Of a stretch of 64,000 nucleotides of DNA, positions 37,301 to 48,544 are shown piece after piece. Source of the stretch: Vicugna vicugna (lineage: Eukaryota); NCBI GenBank assembly GCA_013265495.1, contig MU057724.1:1317102-1381101 (forward strand), in the 5' to 3' direction. A program made the translations under genes and the position numbers. The notes under the pieces were generated by a model. That model made no database searches. It saw nothing but the letters and a program-made list of their open reading frames with translations, and had not been told where the DNA came from. How positions within the stretch are numbered: the first letter of the stretch is position 1; each line of letters starts with the position of its first letter.

Positions 37301-38479
37301 ATAACTTGGGGCCAATGTTTTAAATATGGAGGCTGTTACAATGTTTCTTTTCTTTTAAAGATTATTTTTTAAATGATAAAATGATTTAGTAAGTGGACTC
37401 AGACCTTGCTATATGTGTTAAGTAGACAATGTTCAGTGACACACACTCTAGTAATTCATAACACATTCCCTAGTCACAGGCAAACACGTAACAGCTCGAG
37501 CTCACTTAGCAAGAAATACGGTTGTTTGGCAAATGTGACTGAGCTCCCATATATATTAGAAGATTAAAAATTCGATATAGTATTTAAACTTTTGGTTGTG
37601 AAAAATCTCAGAAATACTGAAAAAAAGTCATGTGGATTTTCATGGATTTAGGGGAGCATTCTTTGGTTTTGGTTTTTGTTTTTGTTGTTTTTGTTGGGTT
37701 TTGGCTATGTAAAGACAATGCTACAGTACATAAGTCTGCTGTTTTTTTTCTCTGAAAGCAAAAATTCATAAACTCTCACTTCATTACTCAGAAAGCTGAA
37801 AAAAATTCCCATCTGTGTTCTAAAGTGTCATTAAACTTTTCAGAACTTTTCTAGTCCTTCTAGAATGGTTCCCAGTTGAAGTTATGAGCACTATTGTAGT
37901 TATTTGGCAATTTATAAAAAAGCTCATTTTATTGTTATTGGGTACTTTAAAAAATAAAGGTTTATTTATTACGTTAATACACACTCGAGTGCATCAAGGA
38001 TCACTAACATATTCTCAGAGTTGTCCGTAACACTTTTTCTAGGTTAAAAATATATATGTATATATAGTTTATAGCTCTAATGTTTTTATTATCTTTATGT
38101 ACATGTATTTTATAGTTTGATGTAATATGGCCAGACAATCCTCTGACTTCAAAACAGGCTGTCTTCTAAAAGCATTGTTGTAGCTTTATTCATTGAAATT
38201 CATGACCATTCCTCCCATGGAAACACTGTTAAAATATTTCCTAAACCAGTGTATACAGCATATTAATCCTAAATTACTGGATCTGAGGCCTGGCAGCCAA
38301 CGGAGTGCTTTGTGTCCAATAAGAGAAAGAAAAAGAAAATTGCTTTTTTATATAGTGGAACAGTGCAGAGTTTGGAAACATTTTAAATAGACTTCTTTCC
38401 CCAAACCCTTGCCGACCCCCAATCTCCATGGCCTCAGAGACATCGCGCTCCCAAAAGAGACCTTTCAGGTATATTATGG

Positions 38480-38620
38480 TTTAGTAAGACTCAAATCAGA
38501 AGCTGAGGATTAAGTTCCAGTAATGCCCCTTTCCAGCTCTGCTCTGTAAAGCTTCATTTTCTCATTATAAATTGTGGATAAAAGTGCCTGCCTAAAGGAT
38601 TGCCCTAGGGACACAGTGTT
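38480..38620 (+). mobile_element. MIR remnant
   Basis: 'gcttcattttctcattataaattgtggataaaagtgcctgcctaaaggattg' resembles the MIR core. Confidence 0.55.
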
Positions 38621-39384
38621 CTGTAGTTTGAAGGCAAGGACTGAATATATAACACGATGAGTGAACATTTTGCATGCTCAGGAAGTGTCTATCAAAGATC
38701 CTACTAAAGAATTCGTGATGTGCGGAAGTTTGCCTTTTGGAAGAGAATGACCGGTGACCTGCTCAGATGACGATCTGGCCTTTGAGGGCTCACCAGTTAG
38801 GAAGCTTAACAGTCACAAAGCTGGGTGCGGATTTGGGACGAAGGATCTCCCTCCAGTTCGAAAAAGAAGGAGCCGCTTCTTACGTAGCCTGCTTTTCACA
38901 ATTTCTGACTCTTTCTGGCATCTGGAACCAAAAGTTTTCTAAAACTCCCAGATACTTCTCCCCTCCCCGCAAATTCTGCAGAGCTCCGGTGTGTCGATTC
39001 CGAGGAGGCAAGATGAGGACGGGGCGGGGCTTCCGCTTGGCGATGCAGGTCCTTGTCAGCCTGTCTGGTGATGCTTCTCACCACAGAAGAATCGGGGGCA
39101 GCTGGAAACGCGTCGGGGGGAACTACGTCCAGTTTTTATCGGAGTTAACTTCCTCGGAGCTCTGGAAATTAACCAAATACTTGCAACACCTGCAGAGCGC
39201 TTATTAGAAACAAAACAGGTGCATTTGGGGAGCTTTGTGGTATGTCATTAGCTAGAACTGATGCTAGTTAAGTCTACTGCACTTGAAAGACATTGTCCAG
39301 CTGTGGCCTAGCTGCCTAGTTATTTTCAATGTTTTTAAGGAGATACTTTTTCGTTTACATAACTCGTTCCGCTTTCCCTTTCAG

Positions 39385-39543
39385 GAGCTGGAGTTTTCAA
39401 ACCTGTTCGCCGTTCTTCACTGCATTCACTCATTCTTCGCTGCCAAAGTGGCTTGTCTGGACCCTTTCTTCCTGGGCAGCCAGGCCGCGACGTCCGCTGC
39501 TTCCAGCTCGGGGCTGACGGGCAAAGCCAAGTACACGACCTGA
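39385..39543 (+). CDS. SNTG1: Gamma-1-syntrophin terminal coding exon: ELEFSNLFAVLHCIHSFFAAKVACLDPFFLGSQAATSAASSSGLTGKAKYTT*
   Basis: Acceptor ctttccctttcag|; TGA at 39541-39543. The 'IHSF..AKV' syntrophin motif is present. The C-terminus KAKYTT matches recalled SNTG1 rather than SNTG2 (recalled ...KYMYSS). Confidence 0.95.
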   Translation, partial: ELEFSNLFAVLHCIHSFFAAKVACLDPFFLGSQAATSAASSSGLTGKAKYTT

Positions 39544-40200
39544 CGGCTGCGCTCGGCGTCCCGCTTGCCGCGACCTGTGAGCGGGACGGAACGGTGGCCA
39601 CTCGCTTCGGACGCTGGAGAAGCAAGCGCACCACCGAGGCCACCGCGGAATCGCATGGAAACCGCAACAGAAAAAAGAAAAAAAAAAAGAAGAAGAAGAG
39701 AAGAAGAAGGTCCTGCAGATCCCCAAGGCACTTCTGTCTCGAAAGGCTTTGCAGGCCCTGCTCCCCCTCGGGGACGCGCCCCGGCGCCCCGGCCTCAGGC
39801 TGCAACGAGGGACGCAGCCGCTCGAGGATGCAGGTAACACACAGACTGTGCGGCACCTGTGAATAAAGACAGCCGAACGGCTGCTTCTGTATTTTAGGTC
39901 ATTTCGTGTCGCTGCACCGGGAGCGACCTGAAGGCAGCAGGGGGACCCGCGCGAGGACCCGCGTCTCAGGAGGGCGCCTGCACCCGCCGGTCTGGGTCCC
40001 TCCTTGTGTTCGCATCCCGTGACCTGACACTGGCATCCGGCTTTGTCTGTCTTGTTGCAAAACACTGCTGAGAATTGCAGACGGGCAGTTCCCTCTTACC
40101 CGGGGCGGACGCGCGTGCAAGGGGCGGTTTCCGCCTTGGGTCATTGACGCCGAGTGTTTCTTCGCTAACGTGTCAGTTTCATTATGAACGAAGGACGGTC
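39480..40200. promoter_or_regulatory. CpG-rich region spanning the SNTG1 stop codon and proximal 3' UTR
   Basis: High CpG density, interrupted by an A/GAA tract at 39668-39710. Confidence 0.65.
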
Positions 40201-43200
40201 CGTGACCACTTGCTCTCTCCTTCATTTAAGGAGATTGATGTTTGCCCTGGGACTTACCTCCTAGCTACACTTTCAGTGACCCCCAGAAACTTTTGTACAG
40301 AAAATAGTATCAACACATGTGACGTTGGAACAGTTCTTTGCAGTCCTAACCCTGCCTGTCAGTCCTGGACCAAAACGTCCCTAGAAAGCATTCTCAAAGC
40401 TATCACTTAGGTAGATGGCATTTTCCCATTTTAGTTACAGTTTGTGAAAGAATAAGGTGAGATATGAGAATAAAACTTAAAATGTCTATTTGGCCATGTC
40501 ATAAAAAGGAGTTCCCTAGCACCAAATGAGCTGCCTCGCGGGTTGTCTCAGGAAAGTCAAAGTAAAGAGGGAGGGGATTGAAAGCGCTGGAGCTGCGCGT
40601 ACGACGTGCGCCCCAGGTGTGGCGTAGCTCTTCCTGTAACGTTGTCTGTCCTTCGCTGCAGCTCTACTGAGATACGCTTTCAAACCGTCCCCCGCCTACT
40701 AAGAAAGAGAAAAGCTACTTTTTTGTTAACACATGCTTTCCCAACTCAACCAAACATTGGCTATTCCCCTGGGAAGGTGACCAAGTACCTAACATGGTGG
40801 TTTGACTTTTCTTTTTTAATAGAAAGGAAAAAAATCACTAAAGAAGGAAACAGATGATGTGTTAAAAGGACACATGAACATTATAATTAAAAAGTAAACA
40901 TCAAACGACTTCCATAATCACTGTAAGTTACTCGCTCAGTTTGCACCTGACTGACTCTTAAGCACATTAAATTGAAAAGAAAACCTGGGTGATGGTTAAG
41001 TTCAATCGAGGAACCTTATGAAAAGAGCTGTGGCAGGCTGGACAACATGCAGTGTTCATGCAGTTTGACCATCAAATGAAACACATGTCCCTAATTGGGA
41101 TAACACTAAAGAATTATTGCTATGTTTTGATCAAACAAAAGAGTCATTCTAAAACCGGAAGCCCACCAAAAACAGGCCACTAGCGAACCCAAGGGGCAGT
41201 GGCAGACAGAGGCTCGGAGGCTCTGGCGGCCAGTTCATTGCAGAACCTCTGTGGCTAACTAGAGTCGCACCCCAGTGTGCCCTGCGTGGGGCAAGTCCAT
41301 GTGTCCTAGTGTGATCAGCGGTCTACAGGCAATATGAAATGGGCTAATTAGCCTAAAGGAAAAGAAATAGTTCTAAATCTTTATGTAAGTGTAATGTAAT
41401 CGCTAAAAACCAATGTCAGATTTTGTAAAAGCTCCATTTAAAGAATACAAAAAGGCATTTAATTAAACACCTTTTTTGTTGTATCATAAAAATCTTCTAG
41501 CCTGTGCTTGTGTGTATGAAGGACAAGGTGCACAATGAGCTACATCTGCGTGTGTATCTCCTTGTGCAAGACGCACACACACATACACATATATGTATAT
41601 ACAGAATGAAATGCTAATCACAAATTATATAGCAAAATATATTTCAAATATATACTTAATATCCTTTAAATTTACATTGTAAATTTTAGCTTGAATTAAA
41701 ATTTATAATACTATCATATTGTGTTTATTTTTGATACTTTGGGAGAAAAAAAACCAAAACAGGCCTAAATTGCTACTTAATACAATTAGTGGAGAAGCCA
41801 CTTAGTATAAAAATCTTATTTTGATTTTCATCAGTTAGCAAATAACATTTAATGTTTTCAGTCACAGAGCAACAATTAGGCACTGTCATTTGTTACAACT
41901 TGGACTACTTGAATGAGAAAGGTTAGAAATGAACCAAAATACTCAGATAAATCTCTATTTCTCGTGTAATTTAGGTTTAGATGCATGAGGTCTAGTCATC
42001 AAATCCTAGTTTGTACTAGAGCATATTTTCACAGCAGAATGCCTGATAGCGTGTATCCCTCTTCAGTGCCTTGGTATGTGTGTGTGTGCATACACATTAT
42101 ACATATATATACACACCTGTATACACATGTGTATATGTATACACACCACAGGTCCATTCTAGTGTAAATAGTATGAATTCAAAGGGAACATTACATTATA
42201 GGTACTTAGGTCAGAGAAGAGAGTTCAAACATCATTTGAAATCTTTGCAAACTACTGTAAGAATGCATTTTGCCTGCTAAAGAATAACAATTCATTTAAG
42301 CTGAAGTATATTAAAGCAGGGGCACTTTTAATTTGTTATATTGCAACAAGTATTTATTTCAGAGCTACTTTAATTAATAGATAATATAAATGTAATGCGT
42401 ACCCCAACATTTACAACCCAGCACTGTTTTTAAGGGGAAATCATCACTCATCATTCCTTGTCCACTTTTCAGACATGTACCAACTTACCGTTTGAAAGCC
42501 TTTGATCACACAGCTGTCATTCAGCAAGAAGAAATGTAATTCCTCGAAAATAAACGTCCATCCTACATTCACTTTGTCAACAGAGAAACTCTCCTTTGGG
42601 TGTATTAGTTTAAAGTTAGAGGTTTTCTTCATTTTTGAAAACAGAGCTTGTTCATAAACTGCCTACATTGAACGCTGGACTGGAGAAATGCTGGCTTGAT
42701 TACTGGGGACAAGTAATAATCCTCACAATTATTTAGAACGACTGCTAGAAATCAGCAAGGTGGAGAAGCTTTAAAAGCACAAGGACAATCTTGTGCTTAA
42801 CTTTTGAAGGTAAGTGTTGATGTTTCAATATTAGCAACAAACATTTTGCTGGTCTTAACCCTTCTGTCCCACGACCTTCCGTAAGGACCTGCTTTATTCA
42901 CACCTCTGAAACTCTTACGATTTATCCTTATTCCTTAATACCATAAAATCATAACTCACCTATTTGCACATCTGAAGTTGCTTTTAAAGATAAATAAAAT
43001 ATTATAAATGTTATATATTTTATACATATTAAAATGATATGAAAATACCAGAAATGTGAAGTGTAAATATATTTATTTCATTTTTAATTGTTTTGGTGGA
43101 TGTTTGTAAAATGTACATTAAAATCTATGACAAAAACTTGTCACTTTGTTCTTTAAGTTCATAATGTACTACTAATAAAACTGTACCTTTTTTAATGACG
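39544..43200 (+). other. SNTG1: Putative long 3' UTR of SNTG1 (3' end uncertain)
   Basis: Follows the stop codon. No interspersed repeat recognised for about 3.6 kb, AU-rich distally. Poly(A) hexamers include 39862, 40469, 42993, 43117 (ATTAAA), 43174 and 43211. Confidence 0.55.
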
Positions 43201-43220
43201 CATACTGGAAAATAAAAACA
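43100..43220 (+). terminator. Candidate distal polyadenylation signal cluster
   Basis: ATTAAA 43117-43122, AATAAA 43174-43179 and 43211-43216, with upstream TGTA motifs and downstream T/GT-rich tracts. Confidence 0.5.
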
Positions 43221-46200
43221 GATACTTTTGAGTACACCTGTGTTCTCACATCCTGGGTTTGAGCTGTAAGCTTCACATATCCTTCGAGCACGACCCTGAC
43301 AAGCTCAGCTGTCTGCCTGGAGTGCACACCTCTTCAGGACATGATCTGTCCGGGTCCATCAGCATTTACGAGGCTTAGTTATCTGACCCCAGCAGGCATT
43401 AAAGATTGAACAGAGATGCTGTTTGCCAAATAACTGAGGCAGCCAGAGTTACATCAGTTAAAAGCAAGACAACTTTGATATCCTCCCAATGGTCCATTAG
43501 GAGCTGAATCTACACTGAGAGGTCTGGTCAGACAGGCAGCACTTTCTGGTCCTTTCTACCTGAGAAGCAGCTCATCACCTAGCGTCACCCAAGGCACACT
43601 TGTCTTCCAGGTAATTTCATTGCCATAGAGTGAGTGATCGTAGAAATAACCTTAAAGCAATTCTGATGTCCACTTCATTCTAGTTGCTAAATGAACATCT
43701 TTACCTTCTCTTACTTTGCATCTGTTTTTTGGTTTGGGAAAAAAAAATCTGCTGAAAAAAATGCTACATGTTCATCATAAGTAATTAAAGCCGACAAAAA
43801 GAATGCCAAAAAAAAAAAAAACTCCAAATAGATAGTGTCTTAAGTCCCACTACCACAGAAATAAGCACAATTCATTCTAGATAAAATTTACTCTACACAT
43901 ACATCTGTGTTTATGGAGACATAAAAAGAAATGTAATTAGTTGATGTACAATCACGTAGATTGAAATGCTTCTGTAAATATATTCCAGCAAAACTGCAAT
44001 ATAAATAGATAAATAAGTGGCTGTGTTTTGGAGGAATATATGAACAAGAATAGAAAATGCGAATTTTTGAAAGTTAACTCCATATTAGCAAAAAGTGAAA
44101 TTATGTGTATATTTTAAGAGGATTGTGACCTCAAAATATTCTTTCTTTTTAATTTTTAAGGTAAACTAAGGCAAATTTTGGATACAACAAAAAATTAACC
44201 TTTTCAGAATACAGTTTTGTAAGTTCTGAATAATCAATATGATTGGGCACCACCACCAAGCTCAAAACCCAGAACAGTTCAGTCTCACCAAGTAAGTCCA
44301 GCTTCCCCTCCTAGCCACCCCCTTCTGCTACCTCCAACCCTTGACAAACCATTGATCGCTTTTATCTCTGAAATGTATAGAGTGTGTCTTCTGAGGTTAT
44401 CCTCTCTCTTTGGGGCTGACTTCTCTCCCGAAAGGCTTTCTGGAAACGCTCTCTTTCGAGAGAACACCCGTCCTGAACCCTCCCACTGTGTCCACAAATG
44501 CTCTGTGACCAGCTCCACCCTCTGTCCACTGGGGCCTCCTGTTTTCAGTCCTCAACCAGCTTTATCGTTTTCTAGGCACCAGTCAGATGCCACTCCCTTC
44601 ATGAGCAAGTGTGGAAGGAAGGAAGGAAATGTCTTCTTGTAAAATGAGCTCCGTTTAGAGAAAACCCACAATAAAGACATTTGAATTCATGCGTTCACTG
44701 TTACACAGACACAGCTTTCAACTTAGCTGAGTGAACACCAAGACTGCATGGTAAGAGTAGGCTGAGTTTTCGAGCGACCGCCAGACCGTCTTCTGTGCGG
44801 TGGCACTATTTTGCGTCCCTGCGGGTGACGAGCGTGCGTCCCTTGCTCCCCCCTTCCCCAGCACCGGGAGCTGTCAGTGCCCCAAACCTGGTTATTCTCA
44901 CAGCACACCTGTGTCCTCTGGGTAAGGGCGATGCTTGCTGCAGAGTATTCCTGCAGCACGCACTATGTGCCAATTAACACCAAGAAGGAAATGTTGGATA
45001 AGGATGAGGCATCCTTCCCATCACTTTGTCCAATATCACTCTTTCTGCAGGAATACTCCTTACACAAATTTTACCAAAGTTGCTTATGATGAGCTTTGAT
45101 TTGTAGCTCCTCTGCATTCAAAACTTTGCATAAATACGAGCAATGAGAAATTTCTCCATCTCATTGAGAATAGGCATGGTATCAAAACATCACAAGTGCA
45201 ACTCCATTCTAAACACAAAAACTACGAAGAAGGAATTCTCAGCAGCACTTTGTTGTAATATATCAAGCTCAATAAATGCCTTTTCTCAAGGGAAACAAGT
45301 ATTTAATGAAACACCGGCACCTCAAGCCAGCGTGAACACTGAGACTGCTTTGACTGAAGGAAACCTTCAAATGTACTTCAAGCTCACGTCCTCTCACTCA
45401 TCAGCCCCATCTCTCAGAAACAGGGAAAGTAACGACGCTGACAAGCTTTGCTGAGTGTTTCTTATTCACCAGAGTATCTGCAAGATCTAGAAGGCTTATG
45501 AGGAAATACTATATCCTAAAGGTCTCCATAAGCAAGAAGTTTGTTCTGCGCTATTGGTTTTGCAGATGTTTGCTTGTTTCCATGGAGAGCAGCATTTAGA
45601 TGACGTAGGTCTCGATGCAGCTTCTGGGCTGAGTGCGATGGTTTCAAAGCTTCTTGGGAAAACAGCCAGAGAAAGCAGTCATGGGGGGATCCCTGCAACC
45701 GGCAAGTGTGGGTTCAGGCAATTTTTCGGCCATCATCTTTCTCTAAAGAAAAGGACATTCGCTCCAGAGAACAGCTGAATGAATTAAGTCCTTCAGCTTT
45801 TAGTTGTAAAAGAGTACTTTTTATGCATGCTTTGTTTTCATGGCTGTGTAGCAAAGTGAACACGCAGCTGTACTGTTCAGACAGCAGTATTTTCAGCAGA
45901 TGGTATGTTCAAACCTAAATGTTTGGAATTCCTAATGTTATTATGGCAACACTTCAGTGAAAGATTTTGAGAACGATCATTTGATTCTGTGGGTGTGATT
46001 TTTTATGTGTATGTGTAAAATTATTGCTTCTTTAGCTTAATTTCCGTAATTTAGGCTCAGTTCATGTCTTCTCTGGTGAAGATAGTTTAATCATTAATAG
46101 CTTCTAATTTTCTACCCACCTGAAATAGTAATAGGTAAAACCTCCAAATTCTAGACCTCACTTTTTCCACCTGACCTAGTCGAGCCTGTTTTGATTCCTA

Positions 46201-46775
46201 AATGTACGCATAATACAAAGCAGAGACCCAGTTTTTACATGTTGATGACACGAAGAGTTGAGAATGTCTTTTTAGGTTATTTTTAGGGTTATTAACAGAA
46301 AACACTTATCACGGCTAAACAAGAAGCTTAATTCTCTGCTTCTTTCCCAACAAGGAAGGTTTACATTTTTCCTAAAACTTGGGTCTATAGTCTACTTCTT
46401 TTTATTGCTATGCTATACATTTCTAATCATACACCTCATCATCCACGTTATACAGTCAATGACCCCAAAGATTTTTTTTCCTATTTTTGTGTAGGGTGCA
46501 CACTCGTCTCCCCATCCCACTGATGATGCCGTGAGCTTTCTGATCATTAACATGAAGAACGATTATCGATCAACAATGTCTACAAGACATTTTTTTCAAT
46601 TGTTCAGGAAATTCTCAACTGTTTTTAGTAATTGGGTCAGAAGAAAGATGCACATAGTCCTCCTAGGAAAGACACTGATAAACAAACAAGCAAACAGAAA
46701 TACTGCTAGAAAGAGTTATGAAATGCAGAGACGAGTCCATTCGGAATGGACAGCTCCATGTAGGAGGGGTGGGAC

Positions 46776-46865
46776 GGAGGCAGCCCCGGGAGGAGGAGGG
46801 GAGGAGGCAGACCGGGAGGAGTGGGGGAGGCAGCACGGGGACAGGGGGAGGCAGCCCAGGGAGGC
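46776..46865 (+). repeat. Degenerate G-rich tandem repeat with a GGAGGCAG core
   Basis: Four GGAGGCAG copies spaced about 21-27 bp apart, with many G runs. Confidence 0.65.
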
Positions 46866-47386
46866 TAGCTGGTATTATGAGAGATAATTGTAGTGTAAGA
46901 TCTGGAAAAAGTTTTGATATAAACTTTCAGTATTATGTCTTTAACTCCAAACAGACATCAAATTTTGGAAGCAGTCAGTTCAGGTACCATGGACTTTCAC
47001 CTTAGATACGCATGTCTCACATGTGAGGGAGACTCCAGCATAAACACACCAGCCAAAGACAGACACAGGAGTGCACTGAACTTACTTGATGAGTTTTGCA
47101 ATAAATTTTACAGCTATCTCCGGTGGAATTACTTATTTTTATTTTGCTACAATCTGTACAGAGCATTTTAATAAATTTTTCATTGTCCCTGACGATTACA
47201 TACAGCAGCCTAACCCCTAACTGGCCATCGCATAAATGACTATGCAGCCTCACCAGCGGCAAGGAATAAATGCATTTCTAAGAACCTAGGTGACATTCTG
47301 AGAATTATGTAAATTTATGTTAGTTAAGCAATTGTTAGCTTAATTTCACACATGTATATGCTTTTAAGGGTTCTGAAGGTCTTTTT

Positions 47387-47535
47387 AAAATAGTTTTTTA
47401 ACAAATTTCTATTCTTTAATTTGTGTTTATTTCTTTACTTATTTATTGGAGGTACTGGGGATTGGACCCCCATGTTTAGCTGAGCTCATGCACGCTAAGC
47501 ACGCCTTCTTCCACTGAGCTCTGCCCCCGCCCCCA
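47387..47535 (-). mobile_element. tRNA-Ala-derived SINE (camelid vic-1-like) with target-site duplication
   Basis: tggaggtactggggattggaccc...gcacgctaagcacg...ccactgagct; flanked by AAGGTCTTTTT at 47376-47386 and 47536-47546. Confidence 0.8.
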
Positions 47536-47554
47536 AAGGTCTTTTTCAAGCAAC

Positions 47555-47920
47555 AGATTTTGGGGGGTATAATTCAAATACTATAAAATGCACTCTCATG
47601 AGATGTTCAACACAGTGGTTTTTAGTATAATCACAGAGTGGTGTAACCATCACCACTGTCAAATTCCGAAATGTTTTCATCATCATGGAAAGGAACTCCA
47701 GACCCATTAACAGTCACTACCAGGGTATCCACTTCCCCAGTCTCTGACCACTGCCAGCCAGTTCTCAGCCTCTGGACCTGCCTGCTCTGAGCATTTCATA
47801 CAAACGGAATCGGACAACATGTGCTCTTTCCTTCTGACTGGCTTCTTTCAGTTAGAATAATGTTTCCAAGGTCCGTCCGTGTTGGGACATGCGTCAGAGC
47901 TTCACGTCTTTCTATTGTCA
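47555..47920 (-). mobile_element. L1MB-like 3' end
   Basis: 'ggtataattcaaatactataaaatgcact...gtgtaaccatcaccact...catttcatacaaacggaatc' is typical antisense L1MB 3' UTR. Confidence 0.8.
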
Positions 47921-47929
47921 AACACTATT

Positions 47930-48500
47930 ATTGGAATTCGTGGCTGACAGCCTTCTGCTTCCGTCTCGCTGCTTTCTGGCCTCTGAAGTGTCGGCTGTGG
48001 GTTGAGCTCTTCATCTTATTTCGAATTTCTGGTGCACGATGAGCCTCCCTCCTCTCCTGACTTTCGAGACCCAGCCTCACCTCTGACTTGGACTTCTGAC
48101 CCTGACGCGTCTGCATGTGAATCTCTTCTCGACTGCTCTTCTTAAATGTGAAGATCAATGCTCTTCATTGAAGTTTGTACCTAAACTGTGGACGTTTGGG
48201 GCCAGCGTGAGTCCTGTCTGTCCTCCCAGCTCCCCCGCCCCGCCCTCCTTCATGTGGTCCTGCACGTGTCTGAGTTTCTTCTCCTTTTTTCTGTAACTGT
48301 TTCCCCTTCTGTTGCTCAAATGGGAAAATCTCAGTTGTCCTCTTTTCAAGTTCACTGATTTTTTTCTTCTGCAAGTAAAAATCACCCCAGAGAAAGCTGC
48401 ATCTGGTGATTCCACTTCCCACGCCTGAGATGTCTCTCTGGTCTTCGCTACCATTCTCCTCTCTGTGTTGATAAGCTCTGCTTAACGAAACACTAGCACC
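47930..48500 (-). mobile_element. L1 ORF1 remnant
   Basis: The minus-strand peptide 'KKKISELEKRTTEIFPFEQQKGKQLQKKGEE' resembles the L1 ORF1p coiled coil (recalled 'RISELEDR..EI.QSEEQKEKR.KK.E'). Confidence 0.65.
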
Positions 48501-48544
48501 ACACTTGAAAAACACGTTCTTCAGTGTGTAAACCTCTGACCATC

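Noticed and set aside
39385..39543. Assignment to SNTG2
   Set aside because: The high GC content suggested SNTG2, but the peptides and the C-terminal KAKYTT match recalled SNTG1.
39453..39866. 137-aa overlapping ORF with a poly-Lys/Arg stretch (NLS-like)
   Set aside because: The basic run is just translation of the A/GAA simple repeat in the 3' UTR.
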